Shown piece after piece: positions 36,569 through 48,437 of a stretch of DNA of 64,000 nucleotides. A program made the position numbers and the translations under genes. The notes beneath the pieces were generated by a model. That model was not told where the DNA came from. It did no database searches and saw only the letters and a program-made list of their open reading frames with translations. Numbering within the stretch: position 1 is the first letter of the stretch; every line of letters starts with the position of its first letter. The stretch lies in the NCBI GenBank assembly GCA_030390025.1, contig CM059425.1, forward strand, positions 162,318,001 through 162,382,000. Direction: 5' to 3'. This DNA is from Squalus acanthias. Its lineage: Eukaryota.

Positions 36569-38812
36569 GATGTTATTAATATCAGTAGAGAAAAAGTACT
36601 TGAGAAACTAATGGGACTAAAAGCCAACAAATCCCCTGGACCTGATGGCCTACATCCTAGGGTTCTAAAAGAGGTGGCTGCAGAGATAGTGGATTCATTA
36701 GTTGTGATCTTCCAATATTCCCTGGATTCTAGAAAGGTCCCAGCAGATTGGAAGGTAGCAAATGTAACCCTGCTATTCAAGAAAGGAGGGAGAGAGAAAA
36801 CAGGGAACTACTGGCCAGTCAGCCTGACATCAGTCATTGGGAAAATGCTAGAATCCATTATTAAGGAAGTGGTAACAGAGCACTTAGGAAATCATCATAT
36901 GATTAGGCAGAATCAACATGGTTTTATGAAAGGGAAATCATGTTTAACAAATTTATTCGAGTTTTTTGAGGATGTAACTAGCAGTGTAGATAAAGGGGAA
37001 CCAGTGGATGTAGTATATTTGGATTTCCAAAAGGCATTCAAGAAGGTGCCACATAAAAGATTGCTACGCAAGATAAGGGCTCATGGGGTTGAGGGTAATA
37101 TATTAACATGGATAGAGGATTGGTTAACGGACAGAAAACAAAGAGTAGCGATAAACGGGTCATTTTTAGGTTGGCAGGCTGTAACTGTTGGGGAGCCGCA
37201 AGTCAGTGCTTGGGCCTCAGCTATTTACAATCTATATTAATGACTTAGATGAAGGGACCAAGTGTAATATATCCAAGTTTGCTGACGATACAAAGCTAAG
37301 TGGGAAAGTAAGCTGTAAGGAGGACACAAAGAGCCTTCAAAGGGATATAAACAGGTTAATTGAGTGGGCAATAAGGTGGCAGTCAGAGCATAATGTGAGG
37401 TTATTCACTTTGGTAGGAAGAATAGAAAAACAGAATGGACTAGAAATTGGGTTGCTTTGCACCTCTCGTTAGCGCTCCTGGGCGCTGCGCCGCTAACACC
37501 TCCCGCAAAATTCAGCAGGATGTTAGCAGTGGCGGTAACCAGTAGCGCCTCGCTCTGCCCCATTTGCAAACTTCCTTTGCGCCCTCTGACCTGCAGGCGG
37601 CGGTGCAATTTAAAGGGCAGGTGTCAGGCGGCCATTTTTATTTTGGCCGACTGCCAGCACCTGCCCCCTTTCACATTTGTATGTGGGGTGCCAGGCCGCG
37701 ATCATTCAGCTCAGCACTCCTCGAGTGCCAGGCTATTTCCACGGCACCCCGCTCCCCAGTGATCCGGCAGGGCCCCGGTGCGTGCAGCGCTAGGCCCCTC
37801 CCCTTTAATCGGGGAGCAGGCCTGCAATGACGCGGCACTACATGCCGCCGTGTGTGGCGCTGCTGCACGTAGTGCTGCGACGTTGAGTAGTAGCGCCTCA
37901 AGAAGGAGGTGGAGTGCTTCCAGTAGCGCTCCACCTCCTTCTTGGGGCGCTACTATTGAATTCACAGGGTAGGGGTGCTAACCTTTTCGGAGCGCTAAAA
38001 TTAGCGCGCTGGCGAGGTTAGCGCCCCAAAATGGCTATACCCAATTTTTCCTCCAATATTTTTTAAATGGTGAGAAACTATTAAATGTTGATGATCAGAG
38101 AGATTTAGGTGTCCTCATACAGGAAACACAGAAAGTAAGCATGCAGCTACAGCCAGCAATTAGGAAGGCAAATGGCATGTTAGCCTTTATTGCAAAGGTT
38201 GGGGTACAAGTGTAAGCAGTCTTACTACAGGGCTTTGGTGAGACCACACCTTGAGTACTGTGCACAGTTTTCATCTCCTTATCTGAGAAAGGACATACTT
38301 GCCTTAGAGGCGGTGCAACGAAGGTTCACTAGATTGATCCCTGGGATGAGAGGGTTGTCCTATGAGGAGAGATTGAGTAGATTGGGCCTATAGTCTCTGG
38401 AGTTTAGAAGAATGAGAGGTGATCTCACTGAAACAAACAAGATTCTGAGAGGGATTGACAGGGTAGATGCTGAGAGGTTGTTCCCTGGCTGGAGAGTCTA
38501 GAACTAGGGGGCATAGTCTCAGGATAAGGGGTCGGCAATTTAAGACTGAGATGAGGAGGAATTTTCTCACTTCAGAGGGTTGTGAATCTTTGGAATTCTT
38601 TACCCAAAGGGCTGTGGAAGCTGTGTCGTTGAGTCTCTTCAAGACTGAAATAGATAGATTTTTGGATTCCTGGGGAATCAAGGGATATGGGGATCGGGCG
38701 GGAAAGTGGAGTTGAGGTCAAAGATCAGCCATGATTTTATTGAATGGCGGAGCAGGCTCGAGGGGCCTTATGGCCTACTCCTGCTCCTAAATCTTATGTT
38801 CTTATGTTCTTG
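36569..38812 (+). mobile_element. 5'-truncated CR1 LINE
   Basis: RT motifs in ORFs 36437-37240, 37188-37472 and 38190-38715; tail (CTTATGTT)2. Same subfamily as 9119-13330. Confidence 0.95.
37437..38054. mobile_element. Non-autonomous Harbinger-type TIR element (family C-like)
   Basis: TIRs GGACTAGAAATTGGGT / ACCCAATTTTTCCTCC. TSD AAT (37434-37436, 38055-38057) cleanly splits the CR1 sequence AAAACAGAATATTTTTTAAATGG. Confidence 0.9.
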
Positions 38813-39000
38813 TGGTGGAAGTAGCCGGTCTTTGTGATGGAGAGGACATGGGGTCAGAAATTCAGATCTAAAGGACGCAGAGGTTCCGAACAATGGTAAT
38901 TCTACAACAGTCAATGCAGCTGCATGATGGAAGCCAACCAAATTTGAGGTCTTGGGGTTTCTCTCGGGGCTCCATCAAAAAATCAGCTATTTGCAAGTCT

Positions 39001-39138
39001 TGTTCTGATGAAACGTCATCGACCTCAAACGTTAACTCTGTTTCTCGCTCCACAGACGGTGCCTGACCTGCTGAGTATTTCCAGCATTTTCTGTTTTAAT
39101 TTCAGATTTCCAGCATCTGCAGTATTTTGCTTTTGTAC
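39001..39138 (+). mobile_element. Short Penelope-pLTR insert with mutated hammerhead
   Basis: CTGATGA..CAAACGTTAACT core; flanking direct repeat TTGCAAGT (38991-38998, 39139-39146). Confidence 0.7.
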
Positions 39139-40661
39139 TTGCAAGTTTTAATTGCCTGATCCACTGTTGGCATCCACCAGGTTAGTGGGCCTTTAAGGCC
39201 TGTAGTCACACAATTTCCTCCCCCTGAAATGGGTGCATGCCCCATCGTAGGCCCAGCACGTGGCCAGAGTATGAAAATTAAGCAAAGCATGAAATACCGA
39301 CACCTTCAGATGCTCTGGTTGCGGCACATTCTACAACAGTTGTACACAGGCATATGGGAAAGAGAAATATTGGGGCCGTGATGTAACATTAAAATTCTGT
39401 AACCCATAAAATTTAATAGAAACAAATTTAATATGTCATAATAAAGTCAGCTGCCATCAGCTGCTGAAATGAATAAATTCCTCTAGGCATTATTCTGTTT
39501 TGATAGGACTAGACATAGCTAGATCATTAGAGAAGCATGCAACTGTAAGGAAGCATACACAAAAAAAATCAATTTACTTAATTGTTTTTATTACTGGTAC
39601 TTAAGTGGACAAATGTGTTTTTTCACAACATAGTTTAATGAAACTAAATTGTATAGTAGCTAACCTTGTATACTAAATTTTATTCAAGTCTAGGATAAAG
39701 AAGGAAGCCTGTTGTATTTCACAATTCAGTCATGGTCATAATGATGCATTAGGTGTGATATATGAAGGGCTGATCAATGTGTTCTGAACGTATATTTAAA
39801 AAAGCATCAAATTATCATTTTTTTTGCCTAGAATTTATTTTCTAAATTTTTCAGCAGAATCATTTTATCTAACTTGTATGACTTAATCCAAACAAGTGAC
39901 GTCTGTATGAGTTACAGGATTTAGTTATCCAATTCTACAACAGCAGAATGGTGCATGTTAATTCGATCTAGTCTAGAATTTGGCTTCATTGGAGAGCAGA
40001 AGTGTGGGAAATAGAACAGACATGGTCAAGGGCCCTGTCAACCACGGTGGAGGGGAATCCTCGGTTGAGGAAAAAGGCAGACCTATCAGAAACACTGGTA
40101 GGGAAGGTGGCATCGTCAGAACAGACGCAACGGAGACGGAGAAACTGGGAGAATGGAATAGAGTCCTTACTGGAAGCAGGGTGGGAGGAAGTGTAGTCAA
40201 GGTAGCTGTGGGCGACTCCATCGCATCTGTTCTGATCCTTCTGCTCTCACCCCTTCCCCTCCCTCCCAGAACCACGATAGGGTTCCCCTTGCCCTCACCT
40301 TCCACCCCACCAGCCTCCACATTCAACGGATCATCCTCCGCCATTTCCGCCACCTCCAGCATGATCCCACCACCAAACACATCTTCCCCTCCCCTCCCCT
40401 TTCATCATTCTGAAGTGGCCGTTCCCTTCTTGACACCCTGGTCCACTCCTCAATCACCCCCAACACTTCCTCCCCTTCCACAGCACCTTCCCGTGCAAGC
40501 GCAGGAGATGCAACACCTGCCCTTTTACCTCCTCCCTTCCCACCGTCCAGGGCCCCAAACACTACTTCCAGGACTTACTTGTACTTCTTTCAATTTAGTA
40601 TAGTGTATTCGCTGCTCAAAATGCTGTCTCCTCTACATTGGGGAGACGAAACGCAGAATGA

Positions 40662-43608
40662 GTAGTAATGAGTAATGAGCCAGATTTAGTTAACAGCCTA
40701 ACGGTGCATGAACATTTATCTAATAGCGATCATAATATGATCGAGTTCGACATAATGTTTGAAAGGGAGAAATGTGAAACAGCTACTAAGATTCTAGATT
40801 TGGGTAAGGCCGACTTCAGCAGGATGAGACTGAGACTGTCCACAGTAAACTGGGCAAATCTGTTAATGGGTAAAACAACAGAAGATGTTCAAAAAAGGTG
40901 TTCAAAAAATAATTTAATGTGATACAGAACCAGTTTATACCCTTGAGGAGCAAGAGCTCTACTTGCCAAAAAAAACAGCCATGGACGACTAAAGAGGTAA
41001 GAGACAACATAAATTTAAAAGAAAAAACATACAAAAATGCAAAAAGTAGCATAGATCCTGTCAAATGGGAACAATACAAAGAACAGCATAGGATGACAAA
41101 ACAGATAGTAAGAGCTACAAAAAGGGTGTATGAAAAGAAACTTGGAAGGGATATCAAAATCAACACAAAAAAATTGTACAATTATATTAGGGAAAAGAGG
41201 GTGGTCAGGAGCAATGTTGGCCCCTTGAAAACTGATAATGGTGATATTGTCAATGATAATAAGGAAATGGCGGACATGTTGAATAATTACTTTGCGTCAG
41301 TATTTAAAGTAGAGGAAGAGGTCAGCATGCTGGAAATCCCAAGGAAACTAATATTGAATCAGGGATAGGAACTCAACATAATTAACATAAGAAAATTAAA
41401 AGTAATAAAGAAAATAATGGCACTAAAGAGTGACAAATCCCCAGGACCAGATGGTTTCCATCCCAGGGTTTTAAAGGAAGTAGGTGAGCACATTGCAGAC
41501 GCCCTAAGTATAATCTTCCAAAGTTCTCTCATTTCAGGAGCCGTTCTTTTAGATGGGAAAATTGTGCATGTCACTCCGCTATTTAAGAATGGTGAGAGAG
41601 GGAAGCCATGGAATTATAGACCAGTTAGCCTAACATCTGTCGGGAAATTACTAGTGTCTATAATTAAGGATAGAGTGACTGAACACCTTGAAAATTTTCA
41701 ACTGATCAGAGAGAGCCAGCATGGATTTGTAAAAGGTTGGTCATGCCTGACGAACCTGATTGAATTTTTTGAAAAGGTTACTAAAGTAGTGGACAGGGAA
41801 ATGTCTATGGATGTTATTTATATGGACTTCAAGAGGGCATTTGATAAAGTCCCTCATAAGAGACTGTTAACTAGAGTTGAAGTCCATGGAATTGAAGGCA
41901 AATTATTGACCTGGTTAAGAAATTGGCTGAGCGGCAGGAGACAGAGAGTAGGGATAATGGGCAGGTACTCTAACTGGCAGGATGTGACTAGTGGTGTCCC
42001 ACAGGGATCTGTGTTGGGCCTCAATTATTCACTATATTTATTAATGACTTAGATGATGAGATAGAAAGCCACACATCCAAATTTACCAATGACACAAAGT
42101 TAGACGGCATTGTAGGCAGTGTAGATGAAAGCATAAAATTACAAAGGGTTATTGATAGACTAAGTGAATGGGCAAAACTGTGGCAAATGGACTTCAGTGA
42201 AGGCAAATGTAAGCTCATCCACTTTGGACCTAAAAAGGATAGAACAGGGTACTTTCTAAATGGTGAAAGGCTAAAAACAGTGGAGTTCCAAAGAGACTTG
42301 GGGGTCCAGGTACATAGATCATTAAAATGTCATGAACAGGTACAGAAAATAATCAAAAAGGCTAATGGATTGCTGGCCTTTATATTTAGAGGACTAGAAT
42401 ACAAGGGGGTAGAAGTTATGCTGCAGCTATACAAAACCCTGCTTGGACCACACATGGAGTACTGTGAGCAGTTCTGGGCACCACACCTTAGGAAGGATAT
42501 ATTGGCCTTGGAGGGAGTGCAGCATAGGTTTACCAGAATGATACCCAGACTCCAAGGGTTAAATTACAAGGAGCGATTACACAAATTAGGGTTGTATTCT
42601 GTGGAAACGTGAATAAAATGGACGACGAATTGGCTTACAAAGAATGGCTTCGCACAAGGAAAGTCTAGATTAGATTAAAGAGTGCAAAGCTAGCAGAAAG
42701 GAGAGAGACCTGCCCCAGCCTGGGGCCAAGATGATTGACTAGCTATTGTGCGGCGCCCAATCACGATCCGGCACTTTAGGGAGGCAGGTGCAGCAGTGAG
42801 ACAAGTCAGGACTTGCCCTGCCAGACTGAAGACCAGGTCATGGCCAAACTGAAAGGGCTAAAGGGACCCCCATTGGAGAACGCTTGTTGCCAGGGAAGTG
42901 ATGTAATGACCCATGCCTCACTGTATAAAAGGGGCTTCCCTGCCGGTACTCTCACGCTCTCTTTTTTTGGCTAGAAGCCGTGTGGATCATCAAGAGGGTC
43001 AGACACCTCCCGGGGATGTAAATGCTGGCAACACGTGCCTAACCCGGTGTGACTCTCTGGACACGAATGTACGGTAGAGAACCTCAATGTACTGTGTAAC
43101 CATCGCCGAACAGTTGGAAGTAATAAAGTGTTGTTTTAACTCTCCGAACCCTCGAGCCTGAATTACTCTTCGTACAGCGGAACTCCAGATGAGAACCTAG
43201 GAAAACCCGGTTCTAACAATTCCCTAAAATTTAGAAGGTTAAGGGGTGATTTGATTGAAGTTTTCAAGATATTAAGGGGAACAGATAGGGTAGATAGAGA
43301 GAAACTATTTCTGCTGGTTGGGGAGTCTAGTATGGGGCATAGTCTAAAAATTAGAGCCAGACCTTTCAGGAGTGAAATTAGGAAAAAAGGGTGGTAGAAG
43401 TTGGGAACTCTCTTCTGCAAACAGCAATTGATGCTAGATCAAATGTTAATTTAAAATCTGAGATTGATAGATTTTTGTTAACCAAAGGTATTAAGGGATA
43501 TGGAGCAAAGGCAGGTATATGGAGTAAGGTTGCAGATCAGCCATGATCTCATTGAATGGCGGAACAGGCTCAAGGGGCTAAATGGCCTATTCCTGTTCCT
43601 ATATTCCT
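40662..43608 (+). mobile_element. 5'-truncated CR1 LINE nested in the Penelope element
   Basis: SDHN endonuclease end, RT ORFs 41417-42052 and 42187-42612, 3'UTR to ~43608. Confidence 0.92.
42600..43218 (+). mobile_element. Solo LTR (619 bp)
   Basis: TG...CA termini; 4-bp TSD ATTC (42596-42599, 43219-43222) splitting the CR1 LYSL codons; CCAAT ~42757, TATAAAA 42924-42930, AATAAA 43122-43127. Confidence 0.88.
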
Positions 43609-44100
43609 AGATTAGGTGATCGCTATGCAGAACACCTCCATTCAGTCTGCAAGCATGACCCTGAGCCTTTGGTCGCCTGTCACTTTAATTCTCCGCTCCA
43701 CTCCCACTCTGACCTCTCTGTCCTCGGCCTCTTACACTGTTCCAATGAAGCTCAACATAAGCTCGAGGAACAGCACCTCATCTTTCAACTAAGCACTTTA
43801 CAGCCTTTTGGACTCAACATTGAGTTCAACAATTTCAGATCATAACCTCTGTTCCCATTTTTCCGGACGGCAGCTGTTGATGATTCTGCTATTCCCATTT
43901 ACACCTCCTCTAGACCCATCTTTTGTTTCTTTATTTGTCCCATTACCACCCCCTTTTGCCTTCCACCATCATTCCTTTTTGTCATTTAATCTCGCCTGCC
44001 TTCCACCCTATCACAGATCTACCCTTTTGTTCGTTCTTCCCATCCCCACTGTCCCTGCCTCTGTACTTGCTTAAAACCTGTTACATCAGTAACATTTTCC

Positions 44101-44130
44101 AGTTCTGATGAAAGGTCATCGACCTGAAAC
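44101..44130 (+). ncRNA. Hammerhead core in the Penelope pLTR, truncated by a TIR insertion
   Basis: AGTT CTGATGA A AGGTC atc GACCT GAAAC, then TTT and the TIR element. Confidence 0.6.
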
Positions 44131-44133
44131 TTT

Positions 44134-44952
44134 GGGGGGAATTTTCCCAGCCCTATGGAGGCGGGACAGACGGGAAAATGGCAGAAACTGGGAGCGGGTA
44201 CCGAACCCGCTCCCAACCCGCCTCCATGCCATCTTCCTGGGAGGCTGGTCCCCGACTCGCGCAGGGACCCGTCTCCTCGAGGCGGGAAGGGGATTAGAGC
44301 CAATTAACTGCCTGTTAACAGGTAGTTAACAGGCAGTTTTGAGGCTTATCCCCATTTTACCCCTGCAAGTGCGGGCTTCCCGACGGCTGCGAACCTCGCC
44401 AGGGTCAGTGAAGCGAGCAGTGGGTCTGCGGGAGTGAGAGGGATCGAAAAGTCCGCTGTGGAGGTGAGTGATGGGTGCAAGTGTGGAAAAGTAAGTATGA
44501 GAGGTGAGTGTAAAGTGTAAGAAAAAGTTTACTTAACTTTGCTTCTTCCTGCAGGCTTCAACCCTTGGGGATCCGGAGGTGCCTCATCTCAACGGCAGAG
44601 ATGACAGAATGGCTGCTGCATTCTCAGATGCAGCAGCCATCTGATTTCTGCTGAGGAGAGAGGTTTTGGTGAGTCTTTGTGCAAGGGCTCACCTTAGAAC
44701 AGAGATTGTCAGTGTTTGACCGCTTCTCAAAGCTGTCAAACGCTGACAATTCATCTGTCAAAAAATTTTCAACAGATGAAACATCATACGCTGACGTCCT
44801 CTGTCACCGGCTTTCCCTTAATTGGCCAGCTAAGCCCGCAGAGTCAATCAAGGGAAAATAGCGTGGGTTGGCCAGACGTCGTTGGGGTGGGATTGAAACC
44901 CCACAACCAGCAGTCCCGCCCCCAACGTGCCCCCATTGACAAAATCCAGCCC
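44134..44952. mobile_element. GC-rich non-autonomous TIR element
   Basis: Ends GGGGGGAATTTTC / GACAAAATCCAGCCC resemble the other TIRs in the window; the flanks do not form a TSD. Confidence 0.65.
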
Positions 44953-45279
44953 ATAGTGTGTGGAAGAGACCTTTGGTAAACACTTACTTGTCCTTGGTGA
45001 TAATATTGAGTGGTACATTATTTTTAAATGACTCCATAAATCACACTGATGTAACAGGAGGGAGAAGATAGTCAAGGATCAAAGATATTCAGGGGAAGTT
45101 CCATGGTTCAATAATTTGTCTGTTGGATCAGTATATCTGTATGCCTCTAGTTGCTAACACTTAGAAGCAATGTAACATGATATTCATATATTCTTTACTC
45201 AGTAATTATTTCCCTGGTGTACCCACCAATATTGAACAAAACTTTTAGGATGGAATTAGTATGTATAATTTTAACAACC

Positions 45280-46040
45280 TTCTCCTTAATGCCTTTGAAC
45301 ATGTCAGCTCCAGAACCATCTCTCTCATCCTTCTTCAAATCCCTTCAATCCAGTTTTGGTTCAATCCACAGCACAGATCATCAAAGTCACCAATGAACCC
45401 TTTCAGACACAACTGGTAATGTGCTAGCTCTACTCATCATTCTAACCTTACCGTGGCATTCATGATTGCTCCATCCTCTTTCACCATCGCTCCTCTGTGG
45501 TCCATCTCCATGCCACAGTGCTAGTTTGGTTGTGCTCCTACCTGTATCAACACAGCCAACATATCTCCTGTAATTGTTTTTCATCTCAGCTGTGTACAAT
45601 CACATTGGGTGCACCCAAAAGCTCCATCCTTTGCCCTCTTTTCCTTATCTATGTGCTACTCCTTGGTGACATCATACAGAGGCATGGGTGAGCTTTCACA
45701 TGTATACTAATTAAACCCAGCTTTACCTCTCTGCTACCACTCCAACTGCTCAACAACCACTATGCTGTCCAACTGCTTAGCCTAGATCAAGTCTTAGATG
45801 ACCAAGAATTTCCTTCCACTCAGAACTGGCAAGAACAAAGCTATCCTGCTCAGCTCCCATCTTAGCTCCCCGTACCTTAGCACCAATTCCTTCTCTCTCT
45901 CTGGCAGTTCTCTTAGACTTGAGTGGATATTGCATAACCTCAGTGCCCTGTTTGACTCTGAACTGTGCTTCAAACTCCATATCCTTTCCACCACCTATTT
46001 TAACTTCCACAATATTGCCTGGTGCCTCTGCTCCAATCTC
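45280..46040 (+). mobile_element. Decayed L2 LINE RT fragment
   Basis: G(A)P(K)SSILCPLFLIYVLLLGDIIQRHG.SFHMY...QLYLS matches the L2 RT signature. Confidence 0.65.
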
Positions 46041-46409
46041 ACCACCCCCCACTCCCCCCGCCACTGATGCACTTTTGCTCACCTGCACACCCTCTCCCTC
46101 CTGGAAGAAAACATGCTAGCCATCAAGGGCAGGGGTAGAGTTGAGGCCGATGACTGGGAACGCTGGACGAGACATTGTGCAGGGTTTTTCACACCTTATC
46201 CTCTTTGTCCCTTCTGACTTCAATCTCTCCCCACACATTCTGCATGACAAGCTACAGATGCTTTCACTCCCAACTTCTCTCACTGCTCTCCCTTCACACT
46301 GACTCTTGCTCAGATATTGGCACCATGCATACTTTAGAAGCTAGGTTAGAGGTGTTGACTCGTGGTGACTCACCGGGCACAAGTGCACAGGAGCTAGGGC
46401 AGAGGGATT

Positions 46410-46820
46410 ACATAGAATTTACAGCACAGAAACAGGCCATTCAGCCCAATTGGTCTATGCCGGTGTTTAAGTTCCACACGAGCTTCTTCCCACTCTACTT
46501 CATCTAACCCTATCAGCATATCCTTCTATTTCTTTCTCCCTCATGTACTTATCTAACTTCCCCTGATATTCATCTATGCTATTTGCCTCAACTACACAAT
46601 GGGGTAGCAAGTTCCAAATTCTAACCCACTCCATGTAAAGAAGTCACTCATAATTTCCTTATCTGGTCATGATCTCATTGCTGTGGTGGGACCTGGCTGT
46701 GCGCAAATTTACTGCCGTGTTTCCTACATAACAGTGACTACACTTCAAAAGTACTTCATTGGCAGTAAAGTGCTTTGGGATGTCTTGTGGTCATGAAAGG
46801 CACTATATAAAGTTCTTTCT
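46410..46820. mobile_element. CR1 3' end (-, ~46410-46660) abutting a SINE 3' half (+, ~46660-46820)
   Basis: Similarity to 34812-35100 and to the reverse complement of 8228-8400. Confidence 0.65.
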
Positions 46821-46826
46821 TTGTTT

Positions 46827-46860
46827 TATATATATATATATATATATGTATATTATATAT
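46827..46860. repeat. (TA)n microsatellite
   Basis: Direct reading of the sequence. Confidence 0.9.
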
Positions 46861-47226
46861 AGTCATAGTTCCTTTAATAACTTGTGCTGTAATTTTATCA
46901 TCAACTTTCCTCATCAAGTGCCGTCTGAAAGTTCATATACATGCCTCTGCAAATGTGCTTCAGGATGTTTTACTGTGTTAAAGGTGCCATCAAAGTGTAA
47001 TCAGTTATTTAAGAGAAACCAGACCAGAACACAGTAGTGTATGTAAATATATTTGGCAGCTGAATATCTTTGACAGAAAAGATAAAATACAAATGTTTTA
47101 TATTGCAAAACCATCATCATGCTTCTTTCGATGGCAGTCATGTAACACTAACATTATAGTGCTTAGCTCAACTTTTCTCGTCAACTTCAAACAAATTGCC
47201 ATAACCAAGTCAAAGGATAGAAAAAT

Positions 47227-47953
47227 GGGCCAGAAATTCGGCTTTCGGGCTTCCTGCGGGTGCAAGCATCGCGCGCGTACTTGCCTACCGCGCCTGCAGT
47301 TGTGCTTTGGGCCCACGAGGACTTCGGGTCCTGGGCCTCCTCCAGCTGCCGGCGTGCAGTGCTTGTGTATCCCAGGGGCGCAGTTAGTTCGAAGCGTCCC
47401 CTGGGATCACGTGGGCCATGGAGAGCCAATCCTAGCAGGGCATTTTCATTTATAGATTTGACAGGAAGACCTGTCAAATCTATGAATAGAGATCGGCCCC
47501 AAAACCACACTTAAACTTCAAATACATTTTTTAAAAACATCACATATTTAAAATAACTATGTTACATAAATTAACTACTTTAAACAAAAATGTAAATTTT
47601 TGAAAATTAATTATACTTTTTAATGGTGCTAAAAATAAACTTACCTTTCTTTAAAGTATCTAAAAAAGATAAACCAGTTGAAATTTTTTTTAAATTGTAA
47701 TTAATTAACCACTTACCTTGTTAAAAACACGCCTCCTTTTTAAAAGTGCAGCTTCTTCATACTTACCTTCCCGGAGAAACCTGAAAAAAAACCTGAAGTT
47801 CGCTGTGTTTGACTTCTGAACCCCTCCCTTCAGGGGAACGGAAGTTCCGGTTTCCCGCGCATGCGCAGTGCATGCAGGAAACTGGCACTTCAGGTGGCCT
47901 TACGGGTGAGTACACAGCACGTACTCACCCGACAACAGCCGAATTTCTGGCCC
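47227..47953. mobile_element. Non-autonomous Harbinger-type TIR element (family B)
   Basis: Perfect 17-bp TIR GGGCCAGAAATTCGGCT / AGCCGAATTTCTGGCCC; paralog of 28707-29449. Confidence 0.9.
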
Positions 47954-48437
47954 GTTTGTGCAACATTAAATATAGACCAAATGCATATTTTATTACATTC
48001 GCAGAAAATATTCGCAAACTGACCATGTGGACTTACATTTGACTAATGTAAAAACTGCAATTCAAATTTAAAAGGTTTGAACAATTACAGATTCAGTTGT
48101 CATACTGAATGGATACATTTCCAAATGGCTTCTTACTTTTAACACTTGCATACATTGAATTTGTTCCCTGTTGCAGGTGCAATGGGAGTTTTTTTATCGT
48201 GCATCTATAAAGTAAGATTACCTACCATGAAGGATGGTCTTCATTCTTCAAATAATATGCATCTTCCATATACAGCCCAAGTTGAGCAGGTTAATCAATT
48301 TTTGTGGGGAAACTACATGGTGGGGAATGCCAGCTGGTGGCATTTTGATATTGTTATGTGCCAGTGTCATGCACAATGGCTGTATAGTACCTACTTCTGT
48401 GTTCTGCTTCATAGTGGAGCAGAGGCCCATTCTTAGC

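Larger units (their letters stand above)
35478..38850 (-). mobile_element. Fragmented L2 LINE 3' region, host to nested insertions
   Basis: Tail CTTGCATTTATATAGCGCCTTT at ~35478. Purine-rich pieces 35478-35980, 36455-36568 and 38812-38850 are colinear with the L2 at 51115-53760. Confidence 0.6.
39985..44130 (+). mobile_element. Penelope-like retroelement (RT thumb, GIY-YIG endonuclease, pLTR), 5'-inverted and split by a CR1
   Basis: 39985-40212 on - reads HSYLDYTSSHPAS.KDSIPFSQFLRLR. 40238-40660 on + ends ...IRCSKCCLLYIGETKR. 43609-43845 continues RLGDRYAEHL...HFN..H...LEEQHLIF.L.TLQP.GLN. Confidence 0.9.

Noticed and set aside
37437..38054. CpG island or gene promoter with GC-rich ORFs (also 22442-23137 and 62280-63323)
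   Set aside because: Bounded by TIRs, with a TSD at 37437; the ORFs are by-products of high GC.
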